In this document: positions 41,977-52,950 of the stretch, piece after piece
How positions within the stretch are numbered: position 1 is the stretch's first letter
Layout of the letters: every line of letters starts with the position of its first letter
DNA from: Vicinamibacterales bacterium
GTDB lineage: Bacteria; Acidobacteriota; Vicinamibacteria; Vicinamibacterales; JAMQPK01
Assembly (NCBI GenBank): GCA_963790545.1
Contig: CAWBPA010000012.1
Location: forward strand, 6,461-70,460
DNA: 64,000 bases
Reading direction: 5' to 3'
Position numbers and translations under genes: made by a program
Notes under the pieces: generated by a model
Database searches by the model: none
Seen by the model: only the letters and a program-made list of their open reading frames with translations
Told to the model about the DNA's origin: nothing

Positions 41977-43042
41977 TTACGGCGTCGCCACGTACCCCCG
42001 TCGCGCCCGCACTCGCAGTTTGGTGTCGCGAGTATCGACCCGAATCGCGTGCCACCGGCCGTCCCGGGCCGCCGCGGCCGGATATCCCAGGTAGTACCTG
42101 CTGACTCAATTCGTCTGCGATGCTGGTCGTTGCCGGAACGAGATCGCGCCCCGACCGAATGAGTTCCGTTCGGCCTCCGCTGTCGTCGGTAATATCACGC
42201 AGGGCTCTGGCGTCAACGCCACCACCGATACCACGCGTTGGTCCCGTTGGGGGCGGATTACTCGGCGGAATGGGATATCGACGACCGGGCACGGGAAACG
42301 GCATGGGGATTGGGAGACGTGGCCCCGCGCCGCCGCCAGACGTCACGCTCGACTCTCGTCCATCGATCCCAATCGCGTAGACCATCACCTCGGTCTCCCG
42401 AATGAGCTGCTTGAGCTCTGGCAGATCGATGTGGCTCGCCGTGTCGTTGCCGTCTGAGATGATGACGACGGCCTTCTTGCGGTGCCGACCGGTGTCCGCA
42501 AGTGGTACGGCTTCGGAAACGGCATCCAGCATTGCCGTGCCGCCGTTGGGCCGAATGCGCCCGAGCGCACGGCTGATACGCTGCCGATCGGTCGTCCATT
42601 CCTGCACCAGGTCAGGATTGCTGTTGAACGTGTAGAGAAACACCTCGTCTGCCGGATCCAGTAGGTCGAAAAGAAATCGGTCGAGCGCATTCAGGGCCGC
42701 ACTCCACTTTTCCCCATCCATGCTCCCGCTCACATCGAGCACCAGGCCAAGACTTACCGGCACCCGATCGGCGCTGAAGTGTGTGATGTTCTGTGGCTGC
42801 CCATCCTCGTACAGCGAGAAGTCCTCCTTCAGGAGGCCCGACACGAATCGGCCGCGTTGATCGGTGACGGTCGCCGATACGTTGATGAGTTCGACGCCGC
42901 TGCGAAAGCGGAATCCGTCTTCCGTAGGCTGGCGCTGCTCACGTCTCGTTCCCTGCTGGCCCTGCAAACCCGAGGACGCAAGAACAGTCAGAGCGAGAAG
43001 CGTCGCGACCTTAAGCGTGGATCGAGGATGCTTCATTGCCAT
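41977..43042 (-). CDS. Acidobacterial VWFA-related protein; +1 frameshift near 42097
   Basis: MIDAS DVSGS, GGTAMLDA, SDGND; corrected C-terminus QQYYLGY...DGRWHAIRV...VRARRGY with stop at 41977. Confidence 0.88.
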
Positions 43043-43043
43043 G

Positions 43044-43784
43044 TCACTGCCTGTTCACAGAAGCGACCACGGGCGCCTGACGACGATCGACGTGCGGAAC
43101 GACCTGGTTTTCAGCCCTGAAGCTGACGCGATACCGCCCGACGTCGGCGATGTGGTCCAGAGAAACGACAAACGGCGATTCGTCGCCAGCCGCCAGGGTC
43201 CGAAAGTCCAGCGGCCCCTGCAGGCTGGTGAGAAATGCGCCGCTTCGATCGAATACAAACACGACGACGTTCACGCCCGACAACTGACGGCTTGCACGAG
43301 GATTGCGGACCAGGCCGGTGATGGACAACCGATCTTGTGTGAGCTCATGGCGCAGTGAAAGCAGCTCCAGCGGTGCTGACGTAGTATCCGCCGTGCGCGC
43401 CGCGGCGACTGCGGGCGCGGGCTGAGTCCCGCCGCCGCTCGACAGGAGCAGCACTGTCACGAGTGCGCCGACAACCAGAATGCCCAGCGAGACCGGAATG
43501 GCCAGACGCCAGCCCGAAGACGCCGGCTCCGCGGTCGTGTGAAACAGGTCCTGATGCTCAAGAGGAGTCGGTCGAAGGACGACGTGATCGGCCGGCGTTT
43601 CGGAAACGGACGCAACCGGAAATGGTTCCGGTGCGGCTGCCGCCGCCGAAACGAGCGCGTCCACTCGGGCCGCCGAACGTCGGCGCTCCACGCTGATCAA
43701 GCGCCAGTTGAGCACTGCCAGAATCACGGCGGATGCCAGCGAGACAATCGTCACGATCAGGAGGATGGTGTTCATGAGAATCAC
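43044..43784 (-). CDS. Membrane protein with two TM helices and a C-terminal FxLYD-like Ig domain
   Basis: ITGLVRNP, FVFDRSG, LAAGDESPF. Confidence 0.7.
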   Translation of the reverse strand: MILMNTILLIVTIVSLASAVILAVLNWRLISVERRRSAARVDALVSAAAAAPEPFPVASVSETPADHVVLRPTPLEHQDLFHTTAEPASSGWRLAIPVSLGILVVGALVTVLLLSSGGGTQPAPAVAAARTADTTSAPLELLSLRHELTQDRLSITGLVRNPRASRQLSGVNVVVFVFDRSGAFLTSLQGPLDFRTLAAGDESPFVVSLDHIADVGRYRVSFRAENQVVPHVDRRQAPVVASVNRQ

Positions 43785-43792
43785 TCTTACTC

Positions 43793-44884
43793 TTACCTCA
43801 ACCTGAACTCGACCGCCACTTCCACGAGGACGTCCACGGGCGCACCCTTACGCTGCGCTGGCGAAAAGCGCCATTGTCGGACCGCAGCCACCGCACGTTC
43901 GTTGAGGCCATAGCCGAGTCCGTCGATCACCTTGATGTCGCCAACCGATCCGTCTAGCCGGACGACGATCTCCAGCACGACCTCGCCTTCGACGTTGCGC
44001 TGCCGGGCTTCTTCCGTGTAATCAGGCTTCACTTCGCGAAGGAGCCGAGGCGGTGCGATGCCGCTTCCCGGCCGGTATGGGCCGCCTCCAGTCCCGCCGC
44101 CCGATCCCGGGCCGATGCCGGTTCCGTCACCCTCTCCGATTCCGGTGCCGCGACCTGTACCGACGCCGCCTCCCTCGCCGGGCCCACGGCTCTCCGTCTT
44201 CTGTGCGGGCACCTGTTCCAGGACCCCCGCACGATCCCTTGTGTCGGCGGGTGCCGTGACGACCGGCGCAACCACCGGCTTGAGAGGCTCAGCCTTGAGC
44301 ACTTCTGGTTTTGGTTCCGGTGGCTTCTGCACTGGAACGATGGGGTCGGGCTGCTTGCGCGCAGGCAGCGGGCTGCTCAGGCGCGCGCGACCCTGGCGCT
44401 CGGCCTTTGGCGGTGGCGTCCGCTGTTTCAAGCCGCCGCCCCCTCCGCCGCCACCCGGGCCTGGTGTCGCCAGGTATACCAGGCGCAGGGGAACTTTTTG
44501 CTGAGTTGTTTCCACGACCGGTGACGCCGGTGTGAGACCGATCGTGGTCAACACCAGCGAGGTTGCAACGACGCCGGCGTGTACAGCGCCTGAAAAGGCA
44601 ATCGGATACCCGGCCGACCGACGCGCGCCCGACTGCGTGCGAAAAAGCGGGCGTGGTGAGTGGCCAGTCAGGTTCAGACTGGCCATCGAACCATGCCGCC
44701 TGAGCAGCTGGACAGCGGTTACCGCATCCGTCCATGCCACGTAACGCTCCCCGCCCGCCTGAATCGTCGGGAGGTCGGATCGGTCGGCGAGCTCCTCGAT
44801 GCGGGCCAGGGGAACCCCCGCGGCACGCGCGATCTCGTCGAGTGTGCAAACGTCCGGTAGGGGCGATTGGGTCGTTACGGCCAT
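43793..44884 (-). CDS. TonB family protein with N-terminal HTH-like domain
   Basis: Likely ATG at 44884; TLDEIARAAGV; TM SGAVHAG (S-x3-H); Gly/Pro linker; PDYTEEAR..VEGEV...QWRFSPA. Confidence 0.85.
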   Translation of the reverse strand: MAVTTQSPLPDVCTLDEIARAAGVPLARIEELADRSDLPTIQAGGERYVAWTDAVTAVQLLRRHGSMASLNLTGHSPRPLFRTQSGARRSAGYPIAFSGAVHAGVVATSLVLTTIGLTPASPVVETTQQKVPLRLVYLATPGPGGGGGGGGLKQRTPPPKAERQGRARLSSPLPARKQPDPIVPVQKPPEPKPEVLKAEPLKPVVAPVVTAPADTRDRAGVLEQVPAQKTESRGPGEGGGVGTGRGTGIGEGDGTGIGPGSGGGTGGGPYRPGSGIAPPRLLREVKPDYTEEARQRNVEGEVVLEIVVRLDGSVGDIKVIDGLGYGLNERAVAAVRQWRFSPAQRKGAPVDVLVEVAVEFRLR

Positions 44885-44910
44885 TGATCGTTTCCGGCAC
44901 ACGGATCTAG

Positions 44911-44925
44911 GCAAAACCCTTGCCG
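44911..44925 (-). promoter_or_regulatory. Sigma54 promoter candidate for the TonB-VWA operon
   Basis: Minus strand CGGCAAGGGTTTTGC, 26 nt before the ATG. Confidence 0.55.
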
Positions 44926-45011
44926 CTTCATGGTTGCGCTTTCGGCCCGTACTGAGGCCGATCATAGCGGAACGAGCGCGTTGCGTCCGCCCTGCGGGAC
45001 AGCGGGTGTCC

Positions 45012-45575
45012 TCACCTCGTGCCTTCGATGAACACCTTTCCGCCGCGCTCGGCCAGCGTTCGGACGGCCCGAAACCCCGCCTGTTTGAGCGCGGCGACAG
45101 ACCCGCCCGAGGCCTGGTAGGCCGTATTGACCGGGGGCGGCCGTCGGAACAGGTTCGTCAGCCCTCCCTGTCTTCCGCCTTCAATCACAACAATGCGCCC
45201 GCGCGGTGCAAGGACGCGCAGCGCTTCCGCGACACAAACGCCGCGATCGGCGTCGGCCAGTGCTCCGAGCAGATCCTCTGTGCTATCGACGACCACGAGA
45301 TTGAACGCGGCATCGTTGAATGGGAGTTTCTTGAAGTCGGTGCGTTCGATGTCGATGAGCACGCCCGCGTTTTCCGCGCCGCGCCGTGCGCGCGTCTCCA
45401 TGCTCTCGCTCGACACCGCGACTGCGGCGCGACCACTCAGTCCAACCTTTGAACCCATGGCGCCAAGGAGCACCGGATCGGCGCATCCGATCTGAAGCAG
45501 TTGATCGCCCAGCCTGATGCCAGTCATGGCAATAGACAACGCGTGTGGCTCGCCGCTCTTCCGGAAGGGAAACAT
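45012..45575 (-). CDS. Class I SAM-methyltransferase-like protein
   Basis: LLQIGC, LPFNDAAFNLVV, EALRVLAPRGRIVV; the longer ORF overlapping ino1 was rejected. Confidence 0.75.
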   Translation of the reverse strand: MFPFRKSGEPHALSIAMTGIRLGDQLLQIGCADPVLLGAMGSKVGLSGRAAVAVSSESMETRARRGAENAGVLIDIERTDFKKLPFNDAAFNLVVVDSTEDLLGALADADRGVCVAEALRVLAPRGRIVVIEGGRQGGLTNLFRRPPPVNTAYQASGGSVAALKQAGFRAVRTLAERGGKVFIEGTR

Positions 45576-45599
45576 GCTCCCATGATATAGTTCCCGGCC

Positions 45600-46910
45600 G
45601 TGAAACCCGTCGAAATCGCGCCACCGCAGGGCAAGTTGGGCGTCATGCTGGTCGGGCTCGGCGCCGTCAGCACGACACTCGTGGCTGGCGCCATGGCCAT
45701 TCGCAAAGGCCTCGCCCAACCAATCGGATCGCTCACCCAGATGGGCACGATTCGACTTGGAAAACGCACCGAGGGCCGTTCGCCAAAAATCAAAGATGTC
45801 GTAACCCTGGCCGGCCTGGACGATCTCGTGTTTACCGGCTGGGACATCTTTTCGGAAGACTGCTACGCGGCAGCTCGGACGGCCGGCGTTCTCGACAAGG
45901 ATCTGCTCGACCAGATTCGTCCGGAGCTTCAGGCCATCAAGCCGTTGCCCGCGGTGTTCGACCCTCACTACGTCAAACGGCTCGACGGCCCGAACGTCAA
46001 GAAGGGCAAGAACAAGCGCGATCTCGCCGACCAGGTGGTTGAAGACATCAGGCGCTTCAAGAAGGACAATCGTCTCGACCGCATCGTCATGGTGTGGTGC
46101 GGCAGCACGGAAATTTTTCTGACCGAAGGGCCGGTACACGCGTCTGTCAGGGCATTTGAGAAGGGCCTCGAGCAGAACGATCCGGCAATCCCGTCAAGCA
46201 TGGTCTACGCGTATGCGGCAATTAAAGAAGGCGTTCCTTACGCCAACGCGGCACCGAACTTGACGGCCGACATTCCAGCAATGACTGAGCTGGCCCAGGA
46301 GACGCGCACGCCCGTCGCAGGCAAGGACCTCAAAACCGGGCAGACGTTGATCAAGACGATTATCGCGCCCGGATTGAAAGCGCGGTTGCTTGGGGTGACC
46401 GGCTGGTACTCGACGAACATTCTTGGCAATCGCGACGGGGAAGTGCTCGACGATCCGGAGTCGTTCAAAACAAAGGAAGAGAGCAAGAAGTCCGTCCTCG
46501 ATTACATCCTGCAGCCCCAGCTCTATCCGGAGCTGTACAAGGACCTCTGTCACCTCGTTCGGATCAACTACTATCCGCCGCGCGGGGACAACAAAGAGGG
46601 TTGGGACAACGTTGACCTGTTCGGATGGCTTGGCTATCCGATGCAGCTCAAGATCAATTTCCTGTGCCGCGACAGCATCCTGGCGGCTCCCATCGTGCTC
46701 GACGTGGTGCTGTTTCTCGATCTCGCGAGGCGTGCGGGACTCTCGGGGATTCAGGAGTGGCTCTCGTTCTACTTCAAGAGCCCGATGCACGCTCCCGGGC
46801 TGTACCCGGAACACGACTTGTTCATTCAATTGATGAAGCTGAAGAACACGCTCAGGTACCTGAAGGGCGAAGAGTTGATCACGCACCTCGGCCGCGAATA
46901 CTACGATTGA
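45600..46910 (+). CDS. ino1: myo-inositol-1-phosphate synthase
   Basis: GLGAV, WCGSTE, GKDLKTGQT, NILGNRDG, GDNKEGWD, RDSILAAP, SFYFKSP. Confidence 0.93.
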   Translation: MKPVEIAPPQGKLGVMLVGLGAVSTTLVAGAMAIRKGLAQPIGSLTQMGTIRLGKRTEGRSPKIKDVVTLAGLDDLVFTGWDIFSEDCYAAARTAGVLDKDLLDQIRPELQAIKPLPAVFDPHYVKRLDGPNVKKGKNKRDLADQVVEDIRRFKKDNRLDRIVMVWCGSTEIFLTEGPVHASVRAFEKGLEQNDPAIPSSMVYAYAAIKEGVPYANAAPNLTADIPAMTELAQETRTPVAGKDLKTGQTLIKTIIAPGLKARLLGVTGWYSTNILGNRDGEVLDDPESFKTKEESKKSVLDYILQPQLYPELYKDLCHLVRINYYPPRGDNKEGWDNVDLFGWLGYPMQLKINFLCRDSILAAPIVLDVVLFLDLARRAGLSGIQEWLSFYFKSPMHAPGLYPEHDLFIQLMKLKNTLRYLKGEELITHLGREYYD

Positions 46911-46913
46911 TCT

Positions 46914-47435
46914 ATGGCTCCCAAGAAACTCTTCCCCGCAATATTCGGCGGCCTGTTCATCGGACTCATGTCGTCCCTGCCCCTCGTGAGCCTGGGCAAC
47001 TGCATTTGTTGTCTCTGGATTGTGAGCGGCGGATTTCTGGCGGCCTATCTCGTTCAGCAAAACCATCCATCGCCAATCACAACGGCCGACGGCGCCCTGG
47101 TGGGGTTTCTGGCCGGGCTGCTCGGCGCCGTCTTCTGCACGATCATCGCCGTCCCCATCGAAGCCATGATGGGACCTCTACAGGCCCAGCTGATGAGCCG
47201 GGTGCTGAGCTCGCGCAACGATATTCCGCCGGGCGTGCGTGAGATGTTCGAGAACCTTCAGACGGGCGGAGCGTCGTTCGTGATTTCGGCCATCATTCGT
47301 TTCTGTACGATGCTCGTCCTGGGCGCAATTTTTTCGACGATTGGCGGCATCTTCGGGGCGATCTTTACCTCCCGTCCGGCGCCTCCAGCCACGCTGCCGC
47401 CTACGCCTCCGGACATCTGGTCACAGCCCCAGTAG
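46914..47435 (+). CDS. Hypothetical 4-TM membrane protein
   Basis: Gly-rich TM helices, NCICC motif, Pro-rich tail. Confidence 0.75.
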   Translation: MAPKKLFPAIFGGLFIGLMSSLPLVSLGNCICCLWIVSGGFLAAYLVQQNHPSPITTADGALVGFLAGLLGAVFCTIIAVPIEAMMGPLQAQLMSRVLSSRNDIPPGVREMFENLQTGGASFVISAIIRFCTMLVLGAIFSTIGGIFGAIFTSRPAPPATLPPTPPDIWSQPQ

Positions 47436-47451
47436 GCCTTAATTGCGGTAC

Positions 47452-47723
47452 GTAGGCCGGGTCCTGCTCTTTGGACCCGGCTCTAGGCGGGCGCCGACCT
47501 TAAAGGGTCCGCACGACGGCTACTGTGTGCAGCCGCGTGCAATCGTGTGCATTCCAGCTCGAGAAAACAGCAAGAACTGACTATCGTTGCGCGGCTTTGC
47601 AGCCGAAAGGCAACCAGGCAGGAATTGTGTCACTTTTGAAACAGCACGGTAGAGCGGGCTTTTCAGTCCGCCACCGGTAAAAAACTCGTGCCCCACGCGC
47701 GGACCCTGAAGGGTCCGCGCTAC
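47452..47723. repeat. Cluster of GTAG-type REP palindromes
   Basis: gtaggccgggtcc..ggacccggc (47452); gtagagcgggc..gtccgc (47649); gcggaccctgaagggtccgcgctac (ends 47723). Confidence 0.75.
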
Positions 47724-47736
47724 GATGGGAATCCTT

Positions 47737-48651
47737 ATGTATGAAGAATATTACGGGCTGGCGGAGAAGCCGTTCAGTCTGACACCCGATCCGAAATATC
47801 TCTACAAAAGCCAGTCGCACGGCAGCGCCTTCGATCTGCTGCAGTACGCCATTCGCCGCCGCGAGGGATTCGTGGTGATGACGGGTGACATCGGCACTGG
47901 GAAGACGACGGTATGCCGGGCGCTTCTCGAACACATCGATCGCAAGACCTTCTCTGCATTAGTGTTGAACCCGTTTCTGTCTGAGGAAGATCTCCTCAAG
48001 CTCATTCTGCAAGACTTCGGCGTCGTGTCACGCGACGACGTGAAAAGCGGCCGCCTGGCCCGCGTGACCAAGCAGGAGCTGATCGACGCCCTGTACGACT
48101 TCCTGCTCGGGCTCTTGCCACTACGTGCGAGCGCCGTGCTCATCATCGACGAGGCCCAGAATCTTCCCTTCAAGGTCCTCGAGCAGATTCGCATCTTGTC
48201 GAATCTCGAGACCGACAAGGACAAGCTCCTCCAGATCGTGCTGGTCGGACAGCTCGATCTGAAGACCCTGCTTCGATCTCCCGAGATGCGCCAGCTCGAT
48301 CAGCGCGTGTCAATTCGGTATGAGCTCAAGCCGTTGACCCGCAGCGAGGTGGCGGCGTACATTGCGCACCGGCTTGCGTTGGCCGGCGGATCGGCGGTCT
48401 CGTTCGAAGAGCGAGCACTTCAGCTGATTCACAAGTTTGCCAAAGGCATTCCAAGGCTCGTGAATCTCATCTGCGACAGAACACTGCTGACCGCTTACTC
48501 AGCACGCACGAACCGAATTTCGCCCGGGCTCGTGCTGAGCGCCGTCAACAGCCTCGAGCTGCAACCCCCGAGCATCGCTGAGCGCGTGGCGTGGCTACGT
48601 CGGAAGGTCTCGGGTGGGACGGCTCCGCTGATCGACCCGTCGCGATTATGA
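47737..48651 (+). CDS. ExeA/GspA-family AAA ATPase (ATPase domain only)
   Basis: MYEEYYGL.EKPFSLTPDP, GDIGTGKTT, IIDEAQ, LVGQ, GIPRLVN.ICD. Confidence 0.9.
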   Translation: MYEEYYGLAEKPFSLTPDPKYLYKSQSHGSAFDLLQYAIRRREGFVVMTGDIGTGKTTVCRALLEHIDRKTFSALVLNPFLSEEDLLKLILQDFGVVSRDDVKSGRLARVTKQELIDALYDFLLGLLPLRASAVLIIDEAQNLPFKVLEQIRILSNLETDKDKLLQIVLVGQLDLKTLLRSPEMRQLDQRVSIRYELKPLTRSEVAAYIAHRLALAGGSAVSFEERALQLIHKFAKGIPRLVNLICDRTLLTAYSARTNRISPGLVLSAVNSLELQPPSIAERVAWLRRKVSGGTAPLIDPSRL

Positions 48652-48863
48652 GTTCGATTCTCGATGCGCTCAAAGGGCGACCACGGCCCACCGATCGGCA
48701 TCTGGCGTCCCACAGTCGTTCCGGACACGCCGACATCGTGCTCGAAACGCTCGGGTCCGCGAAAAAACGATCGGCGCTCGGACGACTCTCGCAACTTGGC
48801 CGGGTCGTTCTCTATGCGGTTGCCACAGTCCTGATCCTTCTCGCGGTCTGGGCCGTTATCTAA
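48648..48863 (+). CDS. 71-aa membrane protein with an ExeB/GspB-like N-terminus
   Basis: ATGA overlap; MSSILDALK; C-terminal TM helix. Confidence 0.65.
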   Translation: MSSILDALKGRPRPTDRHLASHSRSGHADIVLETLGSAKKRSALGRLSQLGRVVLYAVATVLILLAVWAVI

Positions 48864-48870
48864 CGACGCT

Positions 48871-48951
48871 GTAGAGCGGGCCTTTTAAGGCCCGCGGACC
48901 CTGAAGGGTCCGCTCTACTTGAGACTTCAGACTTCAGACTTGAGACTTGAG
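48871..48951. repeat. REP doublet followed by a heptamer tandem (AGACTTS)n
   Basis: gtagagcgggccttttaaggcccgcggaccctgaagggtccgctctac then ttgagacttcagacttcagacttgagacttgag. Confidence 0.85.
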
Positions 48952-48952
48952 C

Positions 48953-50912
<1,960 letters not shown>

Positions 50913-50966
50913 AAAAGAGTTGCGATCCCTGCGTCCTCAGCGTTAAAGATTCACAAGCCCTTAGCA

Positions 50967-52898
50967 ATGCCAGCACGGCCCCCACGCCCAAAGATCTTCC
51001 TCTCGTTGCAAATTGCCTGTGCGCTTTTCCTTTTCTCGCAGGTGGCCTCAGCGGAAGTCGTTGGCATCGACGTGCGTCGTCGGGACGATGCCGGCACGCA
51101 TGAACGGATAGTCGCCCGCGTGCACTTCGCGGTCGATCCGAAGCTGCCTGCGAATCACGCTATCGCCGATCTCGCCTTTGCGCCGCGAAACGCAGCCGGC
51201 CTGGTCGAGTTTGCCGGCGACCTGCTCCTGTTCCTGCCAAAGCCGTCCGTGTCGGCCCGCGGCACTGTTTTTCTGGAGGTCGTCAACCGCGGCCGGGACC
51301 AGTCGCTGGGGTTGATGAGCGCAGCGCGTCAGAGTGATTTGGTGCCCGAGAACTGGAGCCTTGGCGACCGGTTTCTCCTGGAACAGGGGTTCACGGTCGC
51401 GTTTTTGGGATGGCAGTTCGATGTGCGGCCCGGCAACGGGCTCGCTCTCGAGGTGCCATCGGTTCCGGTGACTGGCATCGTTCGGGAAAGCAGCGTCATC
51501 GTGAGCCCGAGTGGACCGAACCGGGCGTTAGGCCTCACTTACTGCGCAGCCGATCCCGCCGAGGCCGATGCGACGCTGACGATTCGCTCCGCCATCGAAG
51601 GACCAGCGCAGGCGGTGCCGCGAGCGAGCTGGCAGTTTGCCCCGGACGGTTGCTCTGTGCGGCGTCAAGAGGGTTTCGACGTCGGACTCGCCGAAGTGAT
51701 CTATCGCGCGGCCGGGTCGCCGGTGGCCGGCCTCGGGCTGGCGGCTGTGCGCGATTTCGCGGCCTTTCTTAAGTACGGAGGGCCCGCCGCGACGCTCCGC
51801 AATCCGGCGCACATGCAACGCGTCATCGGGTTCGGTTACTCCCAGAGCGGGCGCTTCCTTCGCGAGTTCGTGCGCGACGGCTTCAACCAGGACGAGCGAG
51901 GCCGCGCCGTATTCGACGGCCTGATGATCGCGTCGGCCGGGGCCGGCGGCGGCAGTTTCAACCATCGGTTTGCAAGCCCGGGGCAGGCCGGCAATTCCGT
52001 CCTGTCGATTCTGCGTCCGGTCGACATGCCCCCGTTCACCGACCGTGGACTCCTGGCCCGCGCCGTCGCGGCGTCGGTTGTTCCGCGGATCTTCTACACG
52101 TTCTCTTCCACCGAGTACTGGGCCCGAGCAGGATCGCTGACGCACACGAACGAACAGGGCACCGCCGATGAGCCATTGGCTCCAACCTCGCGGCTTTACT
52201 TCCTGGCGGGAACACCACATGCGTCGGGGCCGCTGCCGCCCGTGCGGCAACAAACCCGACACGCGCTCAACTTCGCCGAACAGCGATGGGTTCTCCGATC
52301 GCTGCTCCTCGATCTGGACGACTGGGTGAGATCCGGCACCGAGCCCCCGCCCTCCCGCTATCCCACGATCGCCCGGAGCGAGCTCGTGCCGCGCGAGGAG
52401 GTGCGTTTCCCGAAGGTTCCATCGCTGCCGTTTGCCGACTACCTGCCAGGCGTCTGGAGAATGGACTATGGCCCCGAGTACCTCTCGACACGCGTCATCA
52501 CCAAGGAGCCTCCCGCTCTTGGCAACCCATATGTCGTTCTGGTGCCGCAGGTGAACGCCGACGGAAACGACGAAGGGGGCATCGGCCTGCCGGAACTGAC
52601 CGTTCCGCTCGGTACGCACACGGGATGGAACGTCTCGACGTTTCCCTTGAGCGGCTATCGGTACCTCGCGGGGCTCGTCGGCTCGTTTCAGCCCTTCGCG
52701 CGTACGCGCACAGAGCGCGCGCAGTCGGGCGACCAGCGTCGGTCGATTGAAGAGCGGTACAGCAGCAAACAGGACTATCTCGATCGCGTAAGGCGTGCCG
52801 CCACCGATCTCGTTCGAGCGCGATTTCTGTTGAAGTCGGATGTGCAGGGCGTCGTGGATCGCGCCGAGTTGACGTGGGAAACCGTCGTCGAGCGTTGA
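50967..52898 (+). CDS. Secreted alpha/beta hydrolase domain protein
   Basis: Signal peptide; EVVNRG, GWQFD, GYSQSGRFLR, TEYW, DGN..GG, RSIEERY. Confidence 0.82.
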   Translation: MPARPPRPKIFLSLQIACALFLFSQVASAEVVGIDVRRRDDAGTHERIVARVHFAVDPKLPANHAIADLAFAPRNAAGLVEFAGDLLLFLPKPSVSARGTVFLEVVNRGRDQSLGLMSAARQSDLVPENWSLGDRFLLEQGFTVAFLGWQFDVRPGNGLALEVPSVPVTGIVRESSVIVSPSGPNRALGLTYCAADPAEADATLTIRSAIEGPAQAVPRASWQFAPDGCSVRRQEGFDVGLAEVIYRAAGSPVAGLGLAAVRDFAAFLKYGGPAATLRNPAHMQRVIGFGYSQSGRFLREFVRDGFNQDERGRAVFDGLMIASAGAGGGSFNHRFASPGQAGNSVLSILRPVDMPPFTDRGLLARAVAASVVPRIFYTFSSTEYWARAGSLTHTNEQGTADEPLAPTSRLYFLAGTPHASGPLPPVRQQTRHALNFAEQRWVLRSLLLDLDDWVRSGTEPPPSRYPTIARSELVPREEVRFPKVPSLPFADYLPGVWRMDYGPEYLSTRVITKEPPALGNPYVVLVPQVNADGNDEGGIGLPELTVPLGTHTGWNVSTFPLSGYRYLAGLVGSFQPFARTRTERAQSGDQRRSIEERYSSKQDYLDRVRRAATDLVRARFLLKSDVQGVVDRAELTWETVVER

Positions 52899-52950
52899 AG
52901 TCGAAAACCGAAAACTTGTTTAGGCCAGAAGCGTTGTACCGCTGAAATGG

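Noticed and set aside
45576-46139. 375-aa version of the methyltransferase
   Set aside because: Overlaps ino1 on the opposite strand; ATG 45575 is the plausible start
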